Of a DNA stretch of 64,000 nt, positions 10,417-21,802 are shown piece after piece. The stretch is from Monocercomonoides exilis PA203 (lineage: Eukaryota > Protista > Preaxostyla), in assembly GCA_001643675.2 (NCBI GenBank), contig LSRY02000009.1, positions 806,001-870,000 of the forward strand, read 5' to 3'. Numbering within the stretch: the stretch's first letter is position 1; each line of letters opens with the position of its first letter. A program made the translations under genes and the position numbers. The notes below the pieces were generated by a model, which was not told the DNA's origin, searched no databases, and saw nothing but the letters and a program-made list of their open reading frames with translations.

Positions 10417-12594
10417 ATGTGTGATTATAAAAGACGTCATCACAATTATATGCTTCATTTACAGCGTCTTGCAATGGAAAAGGACGCGAATGGAAGAACT
10501 AAAGCAATGAGATGGATTATTCAGGAAAAAGCAGCTCCCTCATCGCAAATAAGACATGACGTTGCCATTTCGGATAATGACGGATACACGATGGCAATGC
10601 TGTGGATTATAAATGTGAAGACAGAGCCACCACCGTGGATGAGGCACGATAATACACTTGGCAATAAAGACGGATGGACAATGTCCATGCTATGGATTTG
10701 TCATGTGAAAACAGAACCACCAGAATGGATGAGGCATGACATTTCACTTGGCAATAAAGACGGAGTAACAATGGCAATGAAGTGGATTTATAATACGAAG
10801 ACAGAGCCACCAGACTGGATGAGACATGACGTTACACTTGGCAATAAGAATGGATGCACAATGGCTATGTATTGGATTTTCTTTGTCAATTCGGAACCAC
10901 CTGAATGGATGAGACACAATATCACACTTGGAAGCAACAACGGAGAAACAATGGCTATGTGTTGGATAATTATCATAAAATCTGATCCTCCAAAGTGGAT
11001 GAGGCACAACAATGAACTTGGTAATAAGGAAGGAAAAACAACGGCGATGCTGTGGATGGAGAATGTTCGAACAAAACCTCCATTGTGGATGTTGATGGAT
11101 AACGCGGAAGGCAACAAGGATGAGAGGACACTTGCGATGAAATGGATTTCGGAGAAAAAGATAGAGCCGCCTGAGTGGATGAGGCATGACCCAGCGCTTG
11201 CTGATAAGAACGGAGAGACGATGGCGATGTATTGGATAAAGGAGATAAAAATGGAACCACCGGAGTGGATGAGGCATAATGTCGCGGTTAAACAAAAAGA
11301 AGGACGAACAATGGCCATGACGTGGATTCATTTTGTCAAGGCAACTCCACCAGAATGGATGAGGCACGATATTGCACTAAAAGATAAGAATGGAATGACA
11401 ATGGCCATGTATTGGATTAATTCGAAAGAAAATACTCCTCCTGAATGGATGAGACACGATCCTGCACTTGCAAACAATGACGGATGGACGATGGGAATGC
11501 AGTGGATAGAAAAAGTTAAAACAGATGTTCTGAGATGGATGAGACACGACATCACTCTGCGCAACAAGGATGGGTGGACGATGGAGATGATCTGGATTAT
11601 AAATGTGAAAACAAAGCCACCGGAATGGATGAGACACGATCCTGCGCTTGAGAACAACGACGGATGGACGATGGACATGCTGTGGATAAAGCACATAAAA
11701 ACAGATCCTCCAGAGTGGATGAAGGCGGACAATGCGCCTCGGGATAAAGAAAAGAAAAGAGAGGGAGCGAGCGGTGAAAATGAGAGAAAATGTGAAAATT
11801 TAGATGAAGGAAAGGAAGAAGCGAAAGTTACTAATGAGAATGAGAAAACAAAAGCTATGAGCATGATTGTTGAGAAAAAAGCAGAATTGCCAGAGGAAGC
11901 AAGGCACGAGGCAACAGTTGGAGATGAGGAAGGAAGAACGATGGCGATGTTGTGGATTGAACGGATTAAAACAGAGCCCCCAATTGAAATAAGACATAAT
12001 ATTACTCTTGGCGATAAAAATGGGTGTACAATGGCGATGCATTGGATTCAATATGTGCATAAAGATCCGCCAGAATGGATGAGGCATGAAATTACAATTA
12101 AAGATAAAAACGGATGGACAATGGCTATGTATTGGATTTTCTTTGTCAATTCGGAACCACCTGAATGGATGAGACATAGCATAACGATTACAGACACGGA
12201 TGGATGGACGATGGCCATGTTTTGGATTCGCGAAATCCATTCAGAACCACCAGAATGGATGAGGCATGGAATTACTATTAAAGATAAGGAAGGAAGGACA
12301 ATGGCCATGCACTGGATCCAATTCACTGAAACTGAACCTCCTGAATGGATGAGGCACAACAATGAAATTAAAGATAAGGATGGAAAAGCAATGGCAGATT
12401 ATTGGAAAATATATGTTGGAAGTGAAGTGCCAGAATGGATGAAGTGTGACGAATCAATTGTATCTGATAAAATTGATGATGAAGCCGATGATGATGAAGA
12501 ATTGATAGAGACAATGAATTTGATCAAAGAAATGTTAAAGAAGCATCAGAACAGAACAGGAAAGAAAATACACTTGACAATGAGATTGGAATAG
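10417..12594 (+). CDS. 725-aa tandem-repeat protein with 22 in-register 30-aa ankyrin-like units (xxLxNKDGxTMAMxWIxxxKTEPPEWMRHD) and an acidic/basic tail
   Basis: Uninterrupted ORF; 90-nt periodicity from 10471 to 12450; D/N-x-x-G-x-T-x-A-M resembles the ankyrin DxxGxTALM start. Confidence 0.9.
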   Translation: MCDYKRRHHNYMLHLQRLAMEKDANGRTKAMRWIIQEKAAPSSQIRHDVAISDNDGYTMAMLWIINVKTEPPPWMRHDNTLGNKDGWTMSMLWICHVKTEPPEWMRHDISLGNKDGVTMAMKWIYNTKTEPPDWMRHDVTLGNKNGCTMAMYWIFFVNSEPPEWMRHNITLGSNNGETMAMCWIIIIKSDPPKWMRHNNELGNKEGKTTAMLWMENVRTKPPLWMLMDNAEGNKDERTLAMKWISEKKIEPPEWMRHDPALADKNGETMAMYWIKEIKMEPPEWMRHNVAVKQKEGRTMAMTWIHFVKATPPEWMRHDIALKDKNGMTMAMYWINSKENTPPEWMRHDPALANNDGWTMGMQWIEKVKTDVLRWMRHDITLRNKDGWTMEMIWIINVKTKPPEWMRHDPALENNDGWTMDMLWIKHIKTDPPEWMKADNAPRDKEKKREGASGENERKCENLDEGKEEAKVTNENEKTKAMSMIVEKKAELPEEARHEATVGDEEGRTMAMLWIERIKTEPPIEIRHNITLGDKNGCTMAMHWIQYVHKDPPEWMRHEITIKDKNGWTMAMYWIFFVNSEPPEWMRHSITITDTDGWTMAMFWIREIHSEPPEWMRHGITIKDKEGRTMAMHWIQFTETEPPEWMRHNNEIKDKDGKAMADYWKIYVGSEVPEWMKCDESIVSDKIDDEADDDEELIETMNLIKEMLKKHQNRTGKKIHLTMRLE

Positions 12595-13779
12595 AAAAGT
12601 GAATAATGAGGATTTATTGAAATAAATAAGAGTATTTTTTTTCATCAGGAATGAGAAAATATATTGTATCTGAAGATGGATGCAAGAAGGCGAGATTTGA
12701 AATAGATACACCAGAAATGGAAGATGACTGATAATTTTGCATGAGCGATTGAATCATTTGCCTTGAAGATATTATTTGTGAAGCCTTGAACAAACTGGCA
12801 AACAGATTTGCTAGCGTGCAAATAAAGGCTATTCCACAACATTTCTTAATTCATGACTTTTCTTTCTTTCTTTCTTTGAAGATCCTTTTGCTCCATTGGC
12901 AGATGCTTGGACATGCTTCAAAGATATCTCATTTAGATCTCCTTTCGATTTGCTTTCAATTGTTTTTTCATTTCAGCAGAACAATTGAAGCTATTCATAA
13001 CAATGTTTTGATTTTTACAAAATTATTTTTTTCACTATTTTTATTTTATTTTATTTTATTTTATTTTGTGAAGTTTGGTTTTGTTTTGTCTTAATTTTTT
13101 ACAAAATAATTTAAATAATTTTTATTTGATTCTGTTTATAATCAAAGATAATCTCAATTATTATAATGTTGATATTTTTTTTTTCCAGTTTGTCAATGTG
13201 ATTGAAAATGAAATGAGCGTTTGTGTGATTTGAAGTTGAGAAAGTCAAAAATAACAAATGGAAGGAATCAACGGGAATGATCTGTCAACGCTGATGATTG
13301 CGATGTGAGGATTTGCTAAAATGTTTTCAAAGAATGCAACAATTCTAACCACCTCTGAGGCAAATTGGCTTTTCAATTGATTTTGGCAATGAGTGTTGTG
13401 AAAATTAGGAAAATGTTTCATTTCCAGCCTCGGAATCTCTGCCTCAGTTTTATCACTGTCCAGATGTCTCTCAATCACCTATGATCTTCTTCATTTTCTT
13501 TGCCAAACGACTTTTCGGTTAAGTTTCCTCTTTTTGAATTCTTTTTGACTTTCCTTTTCCTTTTTTTTCTATTCTCTCCTTTTTTTTTGCTTCTCTTCCT
13601 CTTCCTCTTCTTTTCTTTCGACTTTCTCAACATTTGGATGCAAAACAGAACAAAGCAAAGAAGAAATTGAAGAACTACTCAAATCTTCGCCTTCGACAAA
13701 TTTTTAGCTGGAATTCAAACAAATGTCATCTTTCAATTTCTTTTCTTCTTCTCTTTCTTTTCTTTTCTCTCAAATGCAT

Positions 13780-14570
13780 TCAAAACAGTACATCTTTCCT
13801 TTTTCTAATGAAAGAAATCTTCTTTTCCATAACATCAATAGTTGTTGCCTCACTTTGATGATTCCCTTCCATCAGAATGATTGATGAGCTCGGCTCAACC
13901 AAACCCGTCTCCACCGCATATCCCCCCGTCTGGCATGGAGCCTTCTCGCCTATCCCATACAGCCCACTTGAGTCTCTTCCATTCACCCCAACAAACAGAA
14001 CCTTCGTCCAATCCTTCAGCCACTCCTTTTTTGACGTTTGATCATATGACCAAGAACCTGAAGGATAATGTGCATTACATGCTCTCTGGTCATCTGTGTT
14101 TGTTGTGTAACATTCATAGAACGGATTTCCTGTGCTCAAAAAAACATTGTAATTATCTGCAAATTCTAAATCATGCCCATATGGATTGGATGCATCCCTG
14201 CAGTTGCATTCATGAAAGAAAAGGAAAAAACAATAAATCCTATCATCTGGTGCATTTTGTTTATATGTATTTAAATGAAACCCTCCTCCATATGCCGATG
14301 CGTTGCATGAAATAAATTGAATGCTTCTAATCTTAACTTGAACAGGAATATTGTAACAACGCATGCCCCCACCATAATAATTTGTAACCGAACATGAAGT
14401 GAAACAGCAGTCAAACACACACGCACTTTCCCCTTCTCCACTTTCATTTCCAACACATCCTATTCCAGAAACCTGAAAATTTTCAAGAAGGAGCCCTCCT
14501 CCATGGCTATTTGCTTAACAATTCTGGAATTCATATCTGCTGATCCTGACATGAGAGCTTTGGAGAAAGT
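13780..14570 (-). pseudogene. Fragment of Cys/Gly-rich, probably beta-helix (pectin-lyase-like) surface protein
   Basis: Repeated FxxCxA...YGGG motifs and VGVNGRDSSGLYG...APCQT; in-frame TAA near 14515; truncated at both ends. Confidence 0.65.
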
Positions 14571-15229
14571 ATTCATTCATCGTTTTGAACTATCTTTTGC
14601 TTTTCAAGCATTAATCAAATAAAAATTTTCTGAAAGAATTCCTTTCACAAGAAAAAAGATGCAGAAAGATCTTCCACTCGAAAATCTATCTGAATGAAAT
14701 TTTCTTGTCTGGGTTGTTTTTGATCCTCTTTATTCACATCTTGTCAACGAGTTTGCTTCATAGACTGTTCTATTTTATCTCTTTTGAATAGCTTCACATT
14801 TTGTTCTAAGCAAAAACTTTCAATAGAACATGTACCATCCTCCTGCAAAGTCCGAAGAATAAAAATAAATAAAAAAATAAATAACCACAACATACTTTTT
14901 ATTCAACTTGAACGACAATGTTAAAGAAGCTTTATTCGAATAAAAAATAACTTTAAGGGATAGGTGAAGATAAAGAGGAATAAAGAATCGTTCACATAAA
15001 CTTCGCTTTTTGGATTATTATATTGTTTTCTCACATTTTTCCAAGTGATGTTTGTTTCAATTAACTATAGCAAGAAATAACTTACCATTTTTGTAAAATT
15101 CAAATGTTTCATAAATTTAAGAATAAATCACACCAATGCCTGTGATTCTTTATAAAAAAATGCGCTTTCACGCTTCAAATTAATATTTGTCAATGACTTC
15201 GATAAATGAATAAGAAATTTTGAAAAATT

Positions 15230-16719
15230 TCAATTGAGCGATAAATTCATAGAAGTTTCATTTCGTAAAATGTTCACAAAGTAATCAGAAACATCGAATG
15301 ATAAACTGTGATGGAACTTTCTGCTAAAAAATGGAATGGCTTCACAAAAGCTGATGATGTGATCTTCGTACCCTTCTTCTTCCATCCACTCAAACACTTT
15401 CCTTTTGGTTTTCTTTCTTTCCGCTTCTTCCTTTTCATCTTTTTTCTCTTCTTTCAATCTTTCTGAAACACTCAAAAAGAAATGCAAGTTTTCTCTTGCC
15501 ATTTTATCTTTCAATGTTCGTTGCTGCATCTCCTCCAAAACAGTATTGATTGCTCCTCCTTTCAATAAGTCATCAACTTTCACAGCTCTGTTTTCTGCTG
15601 CATTTCTCAGGGAATAAATGCACTGATTGCAAATTCCTCTGTAATTATCCTTCGCTGCTTGATATTCCTGAACAATGCTATTGATTAGCCCAACATATTC
15701 TTCATTCCACAATTTGCATCTGAGTAAATAAATCGAGATTGTTCCAATCCATCTTCTGATTATCAGCACTTTATTCGCTTCTTCTTTGTTCATTTTCTCT
15801 TCTTTCTTCTTCCAATTCACATTTCTTATGAGCTCTTCTTGTTCTCTTGCTGCCTCTCTTCCGAAATGCAGCTCATTCACAACTGTATCTTCCAAGAATC
15901 CATTGGTGTAAAATCTGTATATTAAAAATTGCCAAGCAGACTGAAAGGCAAGTTTTGAAAGATTTCTGTGTTTCTGTTGATGTTCGATGATTTCTGTTAT
16001 TTCCTTCAAATGCACTTTTTGTTCCAGATTCTATCAAAAATAAGGGAAAAAAGCAAACATAATAAAAATGAAAAAGAAGTGCTCACACTTGAAATCCAAT
16101 ATTGCTCAAAGCAAGCAAAGCAATTTCCACATCTTTTTGAGTTTCCTCGTTTTCCTCTTTCTTTGAAGCTTCTTTAAAAAGATAAGGCACACAGATTGAA
16201 ATCGATTCCAACGAAATCCATCCGTTCAGAAAAACACAGCATTCGCAAAGATCAGTTAGTAGATTTTCATCCTTTTCTTCGCTTTTCTTCTTATTTTCAA
16301 TGGCAATCATCTTCTCAAATCTATCATCCATAGAAGATGTTTTAGAGCTATAAATCCATATATTTTTTATCGCAATGCAATACCCGACGTGCTTCAAAAG
16401 CAAAATTGCATTTCCACATGTCAATGTCTTTTTTTCAATCATTTTGCCGATTGTATCGAACAGTTCTTTTGTGAAAACTGATTTGAATTCTTCTTTATTC
16501 ATTTCATCAATTAATCCATTCATCTCTTCAATTTTCTGTTTTTGTTCGTCTTCTCTGCAACCTTCCAGTTCATGGAGCAATTCTGCAAAGGGTATTCAAA
16601 AAAACAAAAATTATGTTCAGAATTATTTAATCCAAATTAATGCACAAACTTGAAAACTTCTCGGTAATGGTCAACAACTGTACTCTTTCTTCAGAATTAT
16701 CATCACCTGACAAACTCAT
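15230..16719 (-). CDS. Expanded-family helical protein, copy 3 (3 exons; short C-terminal extension past SDYFVNI)
   Basis: ATG at 16719 (MSLSGDDNSEE...TEKFS|GT); ORFs 16083-16580 and 15230-16015 carry the family motifs. Confidence 0.85.
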
Positions 16720-17217
16720 TCTGTTTGTTGCAAAAAATATCAAAAAGAGGGGCAAAGCTTGTCGAATCACAAAAAAAAGATAAAAACAAACAACAATTTT
16801 TATCTTGTAAAATAAATATGATCTCAACATATACTATATTGTTTTTGCGAAATAATAAGAAGTGCAAAAGAAATTACGAATAAACCTCAAGGATTGGCTG
16901 TCAAAGTCCTTTTATAGAAATATTTTATTTCATTTTGATCAAACCAACAGATTATTTGTTGAATATTATTTTTTTTTTATTATTCTTTTTCATTATGAAT
17001 AATAACAGTTCTATTTTTGAAATATAATAAATTGCAACAACTTAAGCAAAGAGAAAAGGGAACAGACAAACAAAATGTGTGCATGAAAGATTTTTCTTAA
17101 TATTTTGTGAAGAAGAACGAGACTGAAAACAAGAACAGGTGATGCCTGAACTTTTGACATATTTTGTGAATTTTTGCATTTTGAGATCATCTGTTAATGG
17201 ATCATTAAGTTATGAAA

Positions 17218-17269
<52 letters not shown>

Positions 17270-18727
17270 GAAAACCACAAAAACAACATGGATTGACAAA
17301 AGAACATGAATATGAACAAGGGGAGCATGCTTGTTGAGAGAAAGAAAATCAAGGACCAATGCTTCAATTGCAAAATAATCATGTGTTATGTAGAAAAACA
17401 ATGAAATCCAGCTCCAATAGAAAAGATGGAGATTCTTCAGTTCATTGAGAATCAAAAAAACAAAAGGAAATTCATTAGTTCATTGGATATTAAAAACAGA
17501 TTTGTACATTCAAGGCAATTTTTATTTCAGTTGAAATGTAATTTGGAGAAGAAGGAGGAAGGCAACTTTGCCACAAAATGCACTCAAGAAACGCACCAGT
17601 TAAGCTATTTCACAGCATATGAAATGGAGAAAATGGATTTGAAGGAAAGCGATTTTTCTAGAATTCAATAACGGTCATTTCAGAATGAAGAGAATGAGAA
17701 CCATTATGAATTATGTTTTGAGAATTATTTTGAATTGTTATGTTCATCAATGAGCACATCAGAATGCTCTTCATTCATCTTCAAGGCTTTTGACAGAACA
17801 CAACGGAAAATGAGAATAAAATGAAAATCGTTCTAATTTCTCACCAGAGCTTCTTCTCACTCCACAAATGCAGATTTAATAAGGAATTTATGCTCGTTTT
17901 TGATTTCTGCAACGAGTCTTGTAAAAGTCTTTCTCTTTTGTGAGTGTAAAAGTTTCTCATTTACTCATAATTTGATTGATGATGAGACGCTGTCAGCTCG
18001 GTTTCCCAAATAAAACAGAATCAAATGCTCCGTTTTTCTTGAAGAGCTCTTTTAATCGAAAAGGCTCATCTCTATCTCCTCCGTCATCTGTAGCGAAATT
18101 ATTGTCTTCATCTCATTATCTTCATCTTCACCATCAACATCTTCGTCTTCGTCGTCTTCTTCTTCTTCTTCTTTCTTCAACACAAAATACACGACACACA
18201 CATATATAAATTCAAGAAGATATAAATTCTTCAATTTCCTCGTATTTGAGAGGATGATGAGCAAAAGATAACTTTTTTGATGGCAAATAGAAAGAAGCTG
18301 TTTTCACAAAAGGATCTTTTCTTCCACAATGAATTGCATGTGTTAGTTGAACTTGTTCATCTCTTTGGTTAATATGAACTTCTGCTCAAAGGGAGAAGAT
18401 AAGCAGGTTTTTATTTTTATTTTTATTTAAATTTTTATTTCTTTGTATTCTGAGAATAAAAAAGAGATAAAGGTATATTAAAATGTTTTTCCAATTCTAT
18501 TGACTTTGATTGAAAAGAAAGAAAGATTAGATAAATCTATTTTCAGGTTTTTTTATCTGTTCGTTTTTGTTTTGCAATTTTGAATTTAAAAAGAAAGTTT
18601 ATATATTTTGAATCAACTATTCATAAAAATGATTTAGTGATTTTTGTTTTTTCTTTTATGTAAAAAATAGATTTTTTTAGTTATATGAACATTGATCAGA
18701 ATTGTATTTTGAAAAGTGTTTTAAAGA

Positions 18728-21700
18728 ATGTTTTGGGGATTAATTCTTTTCCAAATTTCGGTATCGACTTACGCACAAGAAGAACCATCAAATCCTCAAA
18801 CAGTTTACGTGAAGCAAAGCGGGAACGAAAGTTACAGCGGATTGGAGATTGGGAAGGAAAAGCAATCACTGAAAAGTGCCTACGGTTTACTGGACGTTTA
18901 TAATGCATGTGACATGAAAATAGTTTACGATGCAAATCCATTAATTGCAGAAGCCGTTGAATTTAACCTTCAACGAATAATTACAATTGAAGGATGGAAA
19001 AGTGATGGAAGTGGAAACATTGAAGTAGCAATTAATTGTGATGTTCGTCCAGGAAGTGAGCTATTTGTATTTAATTGTGATGCGACATTAAAATACTTGG
19101 CGTTTCACTTCCCAACAACGTTGAAAAATAAGGATGAAGAGGATGTATCGTTTAATTTAATAGCAGGAAGAAATGAAAGTTTGTCAATAAGATACTGCAG
19201 ATTTATTCCTCCAAAAGCCGATGGCGTCAATTTTGATATTAGTCTTGCATACGCATTAGGAGGAACATTGACGATGGAGTCAGTGGAATGTTTTGATGAA
19301 GCAAATACAATGAAATTGAATTTCGAACCGTTTGTGACAGATGAATGTGAAACAGTGATATTATCAAATTTCACTTTGAAGAAAGTTGAGACAAGATCAC
19401 ATAGTGTCATCTGGATTCATAGTAGAACAAATATGAAATGTGATTTAACATTGAATGGAACTACTTTTTCGGAATGCATATCGCGTTCTTACGGAATATT
19501 GTATTTTGATGCTGATGGAGGTGAAAATACGTTTTCGGTTGGAGATGGAGGCGTCACCTCTTTTTCGTCGTGCAGTTGTGATTATTTCCATAGCACAGGT
19601 GGAATATATCTGCGAATACCAACTATTGAATCAGCAAATCAGCTTAAATGGCCAAAAGAGGGAAGGAATTTGATATTTGAAAAATGTTCAGCTGGAAAAG
19701 GTGAGTTGATTAGAAACACTGGATTATTTTTAGAGATGGCGAATGACTCATTATTCGAAGAAATTGCATTTGCTATGAAGAAAAGTTTTGCGGCTGATTA
19801 CACACGAAGAGGAAACAAGTGGAATATCGCTGGAATGGGAAAAAATAACTACGAAGAAATTGATTTTGTGTCCAAATATTTTGATCCTTTACTACCTCCA
19901 TCGCAAAATATTTCAAAGATTTATGTGAAGTCCGGGATAACTGGGAATGGTGAAAGCTTGGAGAATCCAATTGACAGTTTGAAGGAGGCCAATGAATTGT
20001 TGGGAATGATCGCAAGAGAAGATACATTTGGCATTGCAATATTAAAATCGAACGATCCTATCCAAGCCGAAGAAATTTTGTTCAGCAAGAGCCGTGGAAT
20101 AATAATTGAAGGAGTGAACAGTAATGGAAATGGAAATGTTGAAGTGGCTATCGATTGTGATGCCATAGCTTCAAGAGCTTTATTTACGTGTGAAAAAGAA
20201 GTGGAATTCAAGTATTTGGCGTTCAATTTTCCCTCGTCAGGTGACAAATGGATTTCTTTAATTTTCGGAAATGAAATGTCACCGTCACTTACCATCAGCA
20301 ATTGTCGATTTGTCAGAACTAGAGCTCAATTATCAGAAGGAGGAATTGTCACATGCGCCGAAGCAGATGATTCTGCTGTTGGCAGTCTTGTGAGCGCTAT
20401 CAGTGGGAAAGTTACGATGAACAATGTTTCATGCACAGATGATTCAATTTGTATTTCATTTATATTTTCGCCATTTTATTTTGAAGGAACCAGTGAAATT
20501 TCATTGAATGGGTTGGAGGTGAGCAATGTGAATGAACGAAATGGAGCAACAATAACAATAAAAGATGGAAACAGCACTTTTTCAACAGTTAACATTGAAG
20601 GACTGAACATGAATGAAGTGAATTCAGCGTACGGAGATGCTGCTGGCTTGGAGATATATTTGCACTCAGAAGAATCGACAGTGTCGATTGGAAGGCAGAG
20701 CAGGTGCACATTCAAGTCATGTACAGCGCCAATAGGAATAGCAGGGGTAATGTACATTTGGATGGCAAAGATAAAGCCAAATCTTCAGCTTCCTTCAGCA
20801 GGCAATTTGGATATTGACAGCTCAAACACAGTTGGGCCGACATCAAAACCTACTTCCTTATTCATCGAAAGCGAAGGCATCGATGAATTCTGCAAACAAG
20901 AAAATGTGTTTCAGTTTGCGGATGCTTTCGAAGGATCGACAGCTGGATGGATAATGGGAAGAAAAAATAATCAATCAGCTTCTGAGGATTTGTATGAGAA
21001 GTATTTGAAGTGGAAGGGAGAAGGGCCAAAGGGAGATGACCCGAAGGAAGATGATCCGAAGGATAAAGAGGATAAAGGAGGAGATGGAGGAAATGAAGGA
21101 AATGGAGAAGAAGAGAAGCCATTTGCTTGGTGGATTATTGTGATTGTTGTTGGAGTTGTGGCAGTTGTGGCAGTTGCTTGTGTCATTTTGATTGTGATGA
21201 AGAAGAAGAGGAGCTCAAAGAACAGGATCAACGTTGAGGATGAGGAGAACGAATCAGAAGGAAAAGAAAGAAAAGAAAGAAAAGGAGGAAAAGGAGGAAA
21301 AGGAAGAAGAAACAAGAAACGAACAAAGCGAGGTGGGACATTGGAAGAAGGGAGGCCAGCGAAGAACTTTGCGGTTGATGCTGATTCAGATGGAAGCAGC
21401 AGGAAAACTGATGATTGCAATGATGGCAATAATCCTAATGGAACATTAGAGGCAGAGTATGAAACAAAAGAAGAAGAAGAAGAAGAAGAAGAAGACAGAA
21501 CAAAGAAAAATGGTGAGAAAGAGGCGAATTGGAAGGGAAATGAAAATGCATCAGTCAGACAGCATTTGGACAATGTCAAACAAAACATCAATGAAACTCT
21601 TGAGCAATTTGAACAAAAAGAGCAAAAGGAAAAAAATGGCAGTGCAATTGCAGCAAAAGCAGTCAGTCATGTTTTGTCTTCAACTTCTTCTTCTTCCTCT

Positions 21701-21802
21701 TTTTCTTCAGTTTTGAATGAAGGATTGCAAACAAAGGAATTGGCAGCAGATATCAAAGGATTAATTACAGAAACAAATGTTATGTCGCCTTTATCTGAAT
21801 AA
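18728..21802 (+). CDS. 1024-aa type-I membrane protein: signal peptide, two tandem ~370-aa extracellular modules, TM helix, charged cytoplasmic tail
   Basis: N-term MFWGLILFQISVSTYA; duplicated motif IEGxxSxGxGNxEVAIxCD...KYLAFxFP; TM WWIIVIVVGVVAVVAVACVILIVM followed by KKKR. Confidence 0.9.
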   Translation: MFWGLILFQISVSTYAQEEPSNPQTVYVKQSGNESYSGLEIGKEKQSLKSAYGLLDVYNACDMKIVYDANPLIAEAVEFNLQRIITIEGWKSDGSGNIEVAINCDVRPGSELFVFNCDATLKYLAFHFPTTLKNKDEEDVSFNLIAGRNESLSIRYCRFIPPKADGVNFDISLAYALGGTLTMESVECFDEANTMKLNFEPFVTDECETVILSNFTLKKVETRSHSVIWIHSRTNMKCDLTLNGTTFSECISRSYGILYFDADGGENTFSVGDGGVTSFSSCSCDYFHSTGGIYLRIPTIESANQLKWPKEGRNLIFEKCSAGKGELIRNTGLFLEMANDSLFEEIAFAMKKSFAADYTRRGNKWNIAGMGKNNYEEIDFVSKYFDPLLPPSQNISKIYVKSGITGNGESLENPIDSLKEANELLGMIAREDTFGIAILKSNDPIQAEEILFSKSRGIIIEGVNSNGNGNVEVAIDCDAIASRALFTCEKEVEFKYLAFNFPSSGDKWISLIFGNEMSPSLTISNCRFVRTRAQLSEGGIVTCAEADDSAVGSLVSAISGKVTMNNVSCTDDSICISFIFSPFYFEGTSEISLNGLEVSNVNERNGATITIKDGNSTFSTVNIEGLNMNEVNSAYGDAAGLEIYLHSEESTVSIGRQSRCTFKSCTAPIGIAGVMYIWMAKIKPNLQLPSAGNLDIDSSNTVGPTSKPTSLFIESEGIDEFCKQENVFQFADAFEGSTAGWIMGRKNNQSASEDLYEKYLKWKGEGPKGDDPKEDDPKDKEDKGGDGGNEGNGEEEKPFAWWIIVIVVGVVAVVAVACVILIVMKKKRSSKNRINVEDEENESEGKERKERKGGKGGKGRRNKKRTKRGGTLEEGRPAKNFAVDADSDGSSRKTDDCNDGNNPNGTLEAEYETKEEEEEEEEDRTKKNGEKEANWKGNENASVRQHLDNVKQNINETLEQFEQKEQKEKNGSAIAAKAVSHVLSSTSSSSSFSSVLNEGLQTKELAADIKGLITETNVMSPLSE

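Noticed and set aside
10607-12362. Antisense ORFs over the repeat gene
   Set aside because: Shadow frames produced by the repetitive, Trp/Met-rich sense strand.
10471-12450. 90-bp periodic repeats as a CRISPR array
   Set aside because: Repeats are in-frame coding units with silent-site variation; no repeat-spacer structure and no cas genes.
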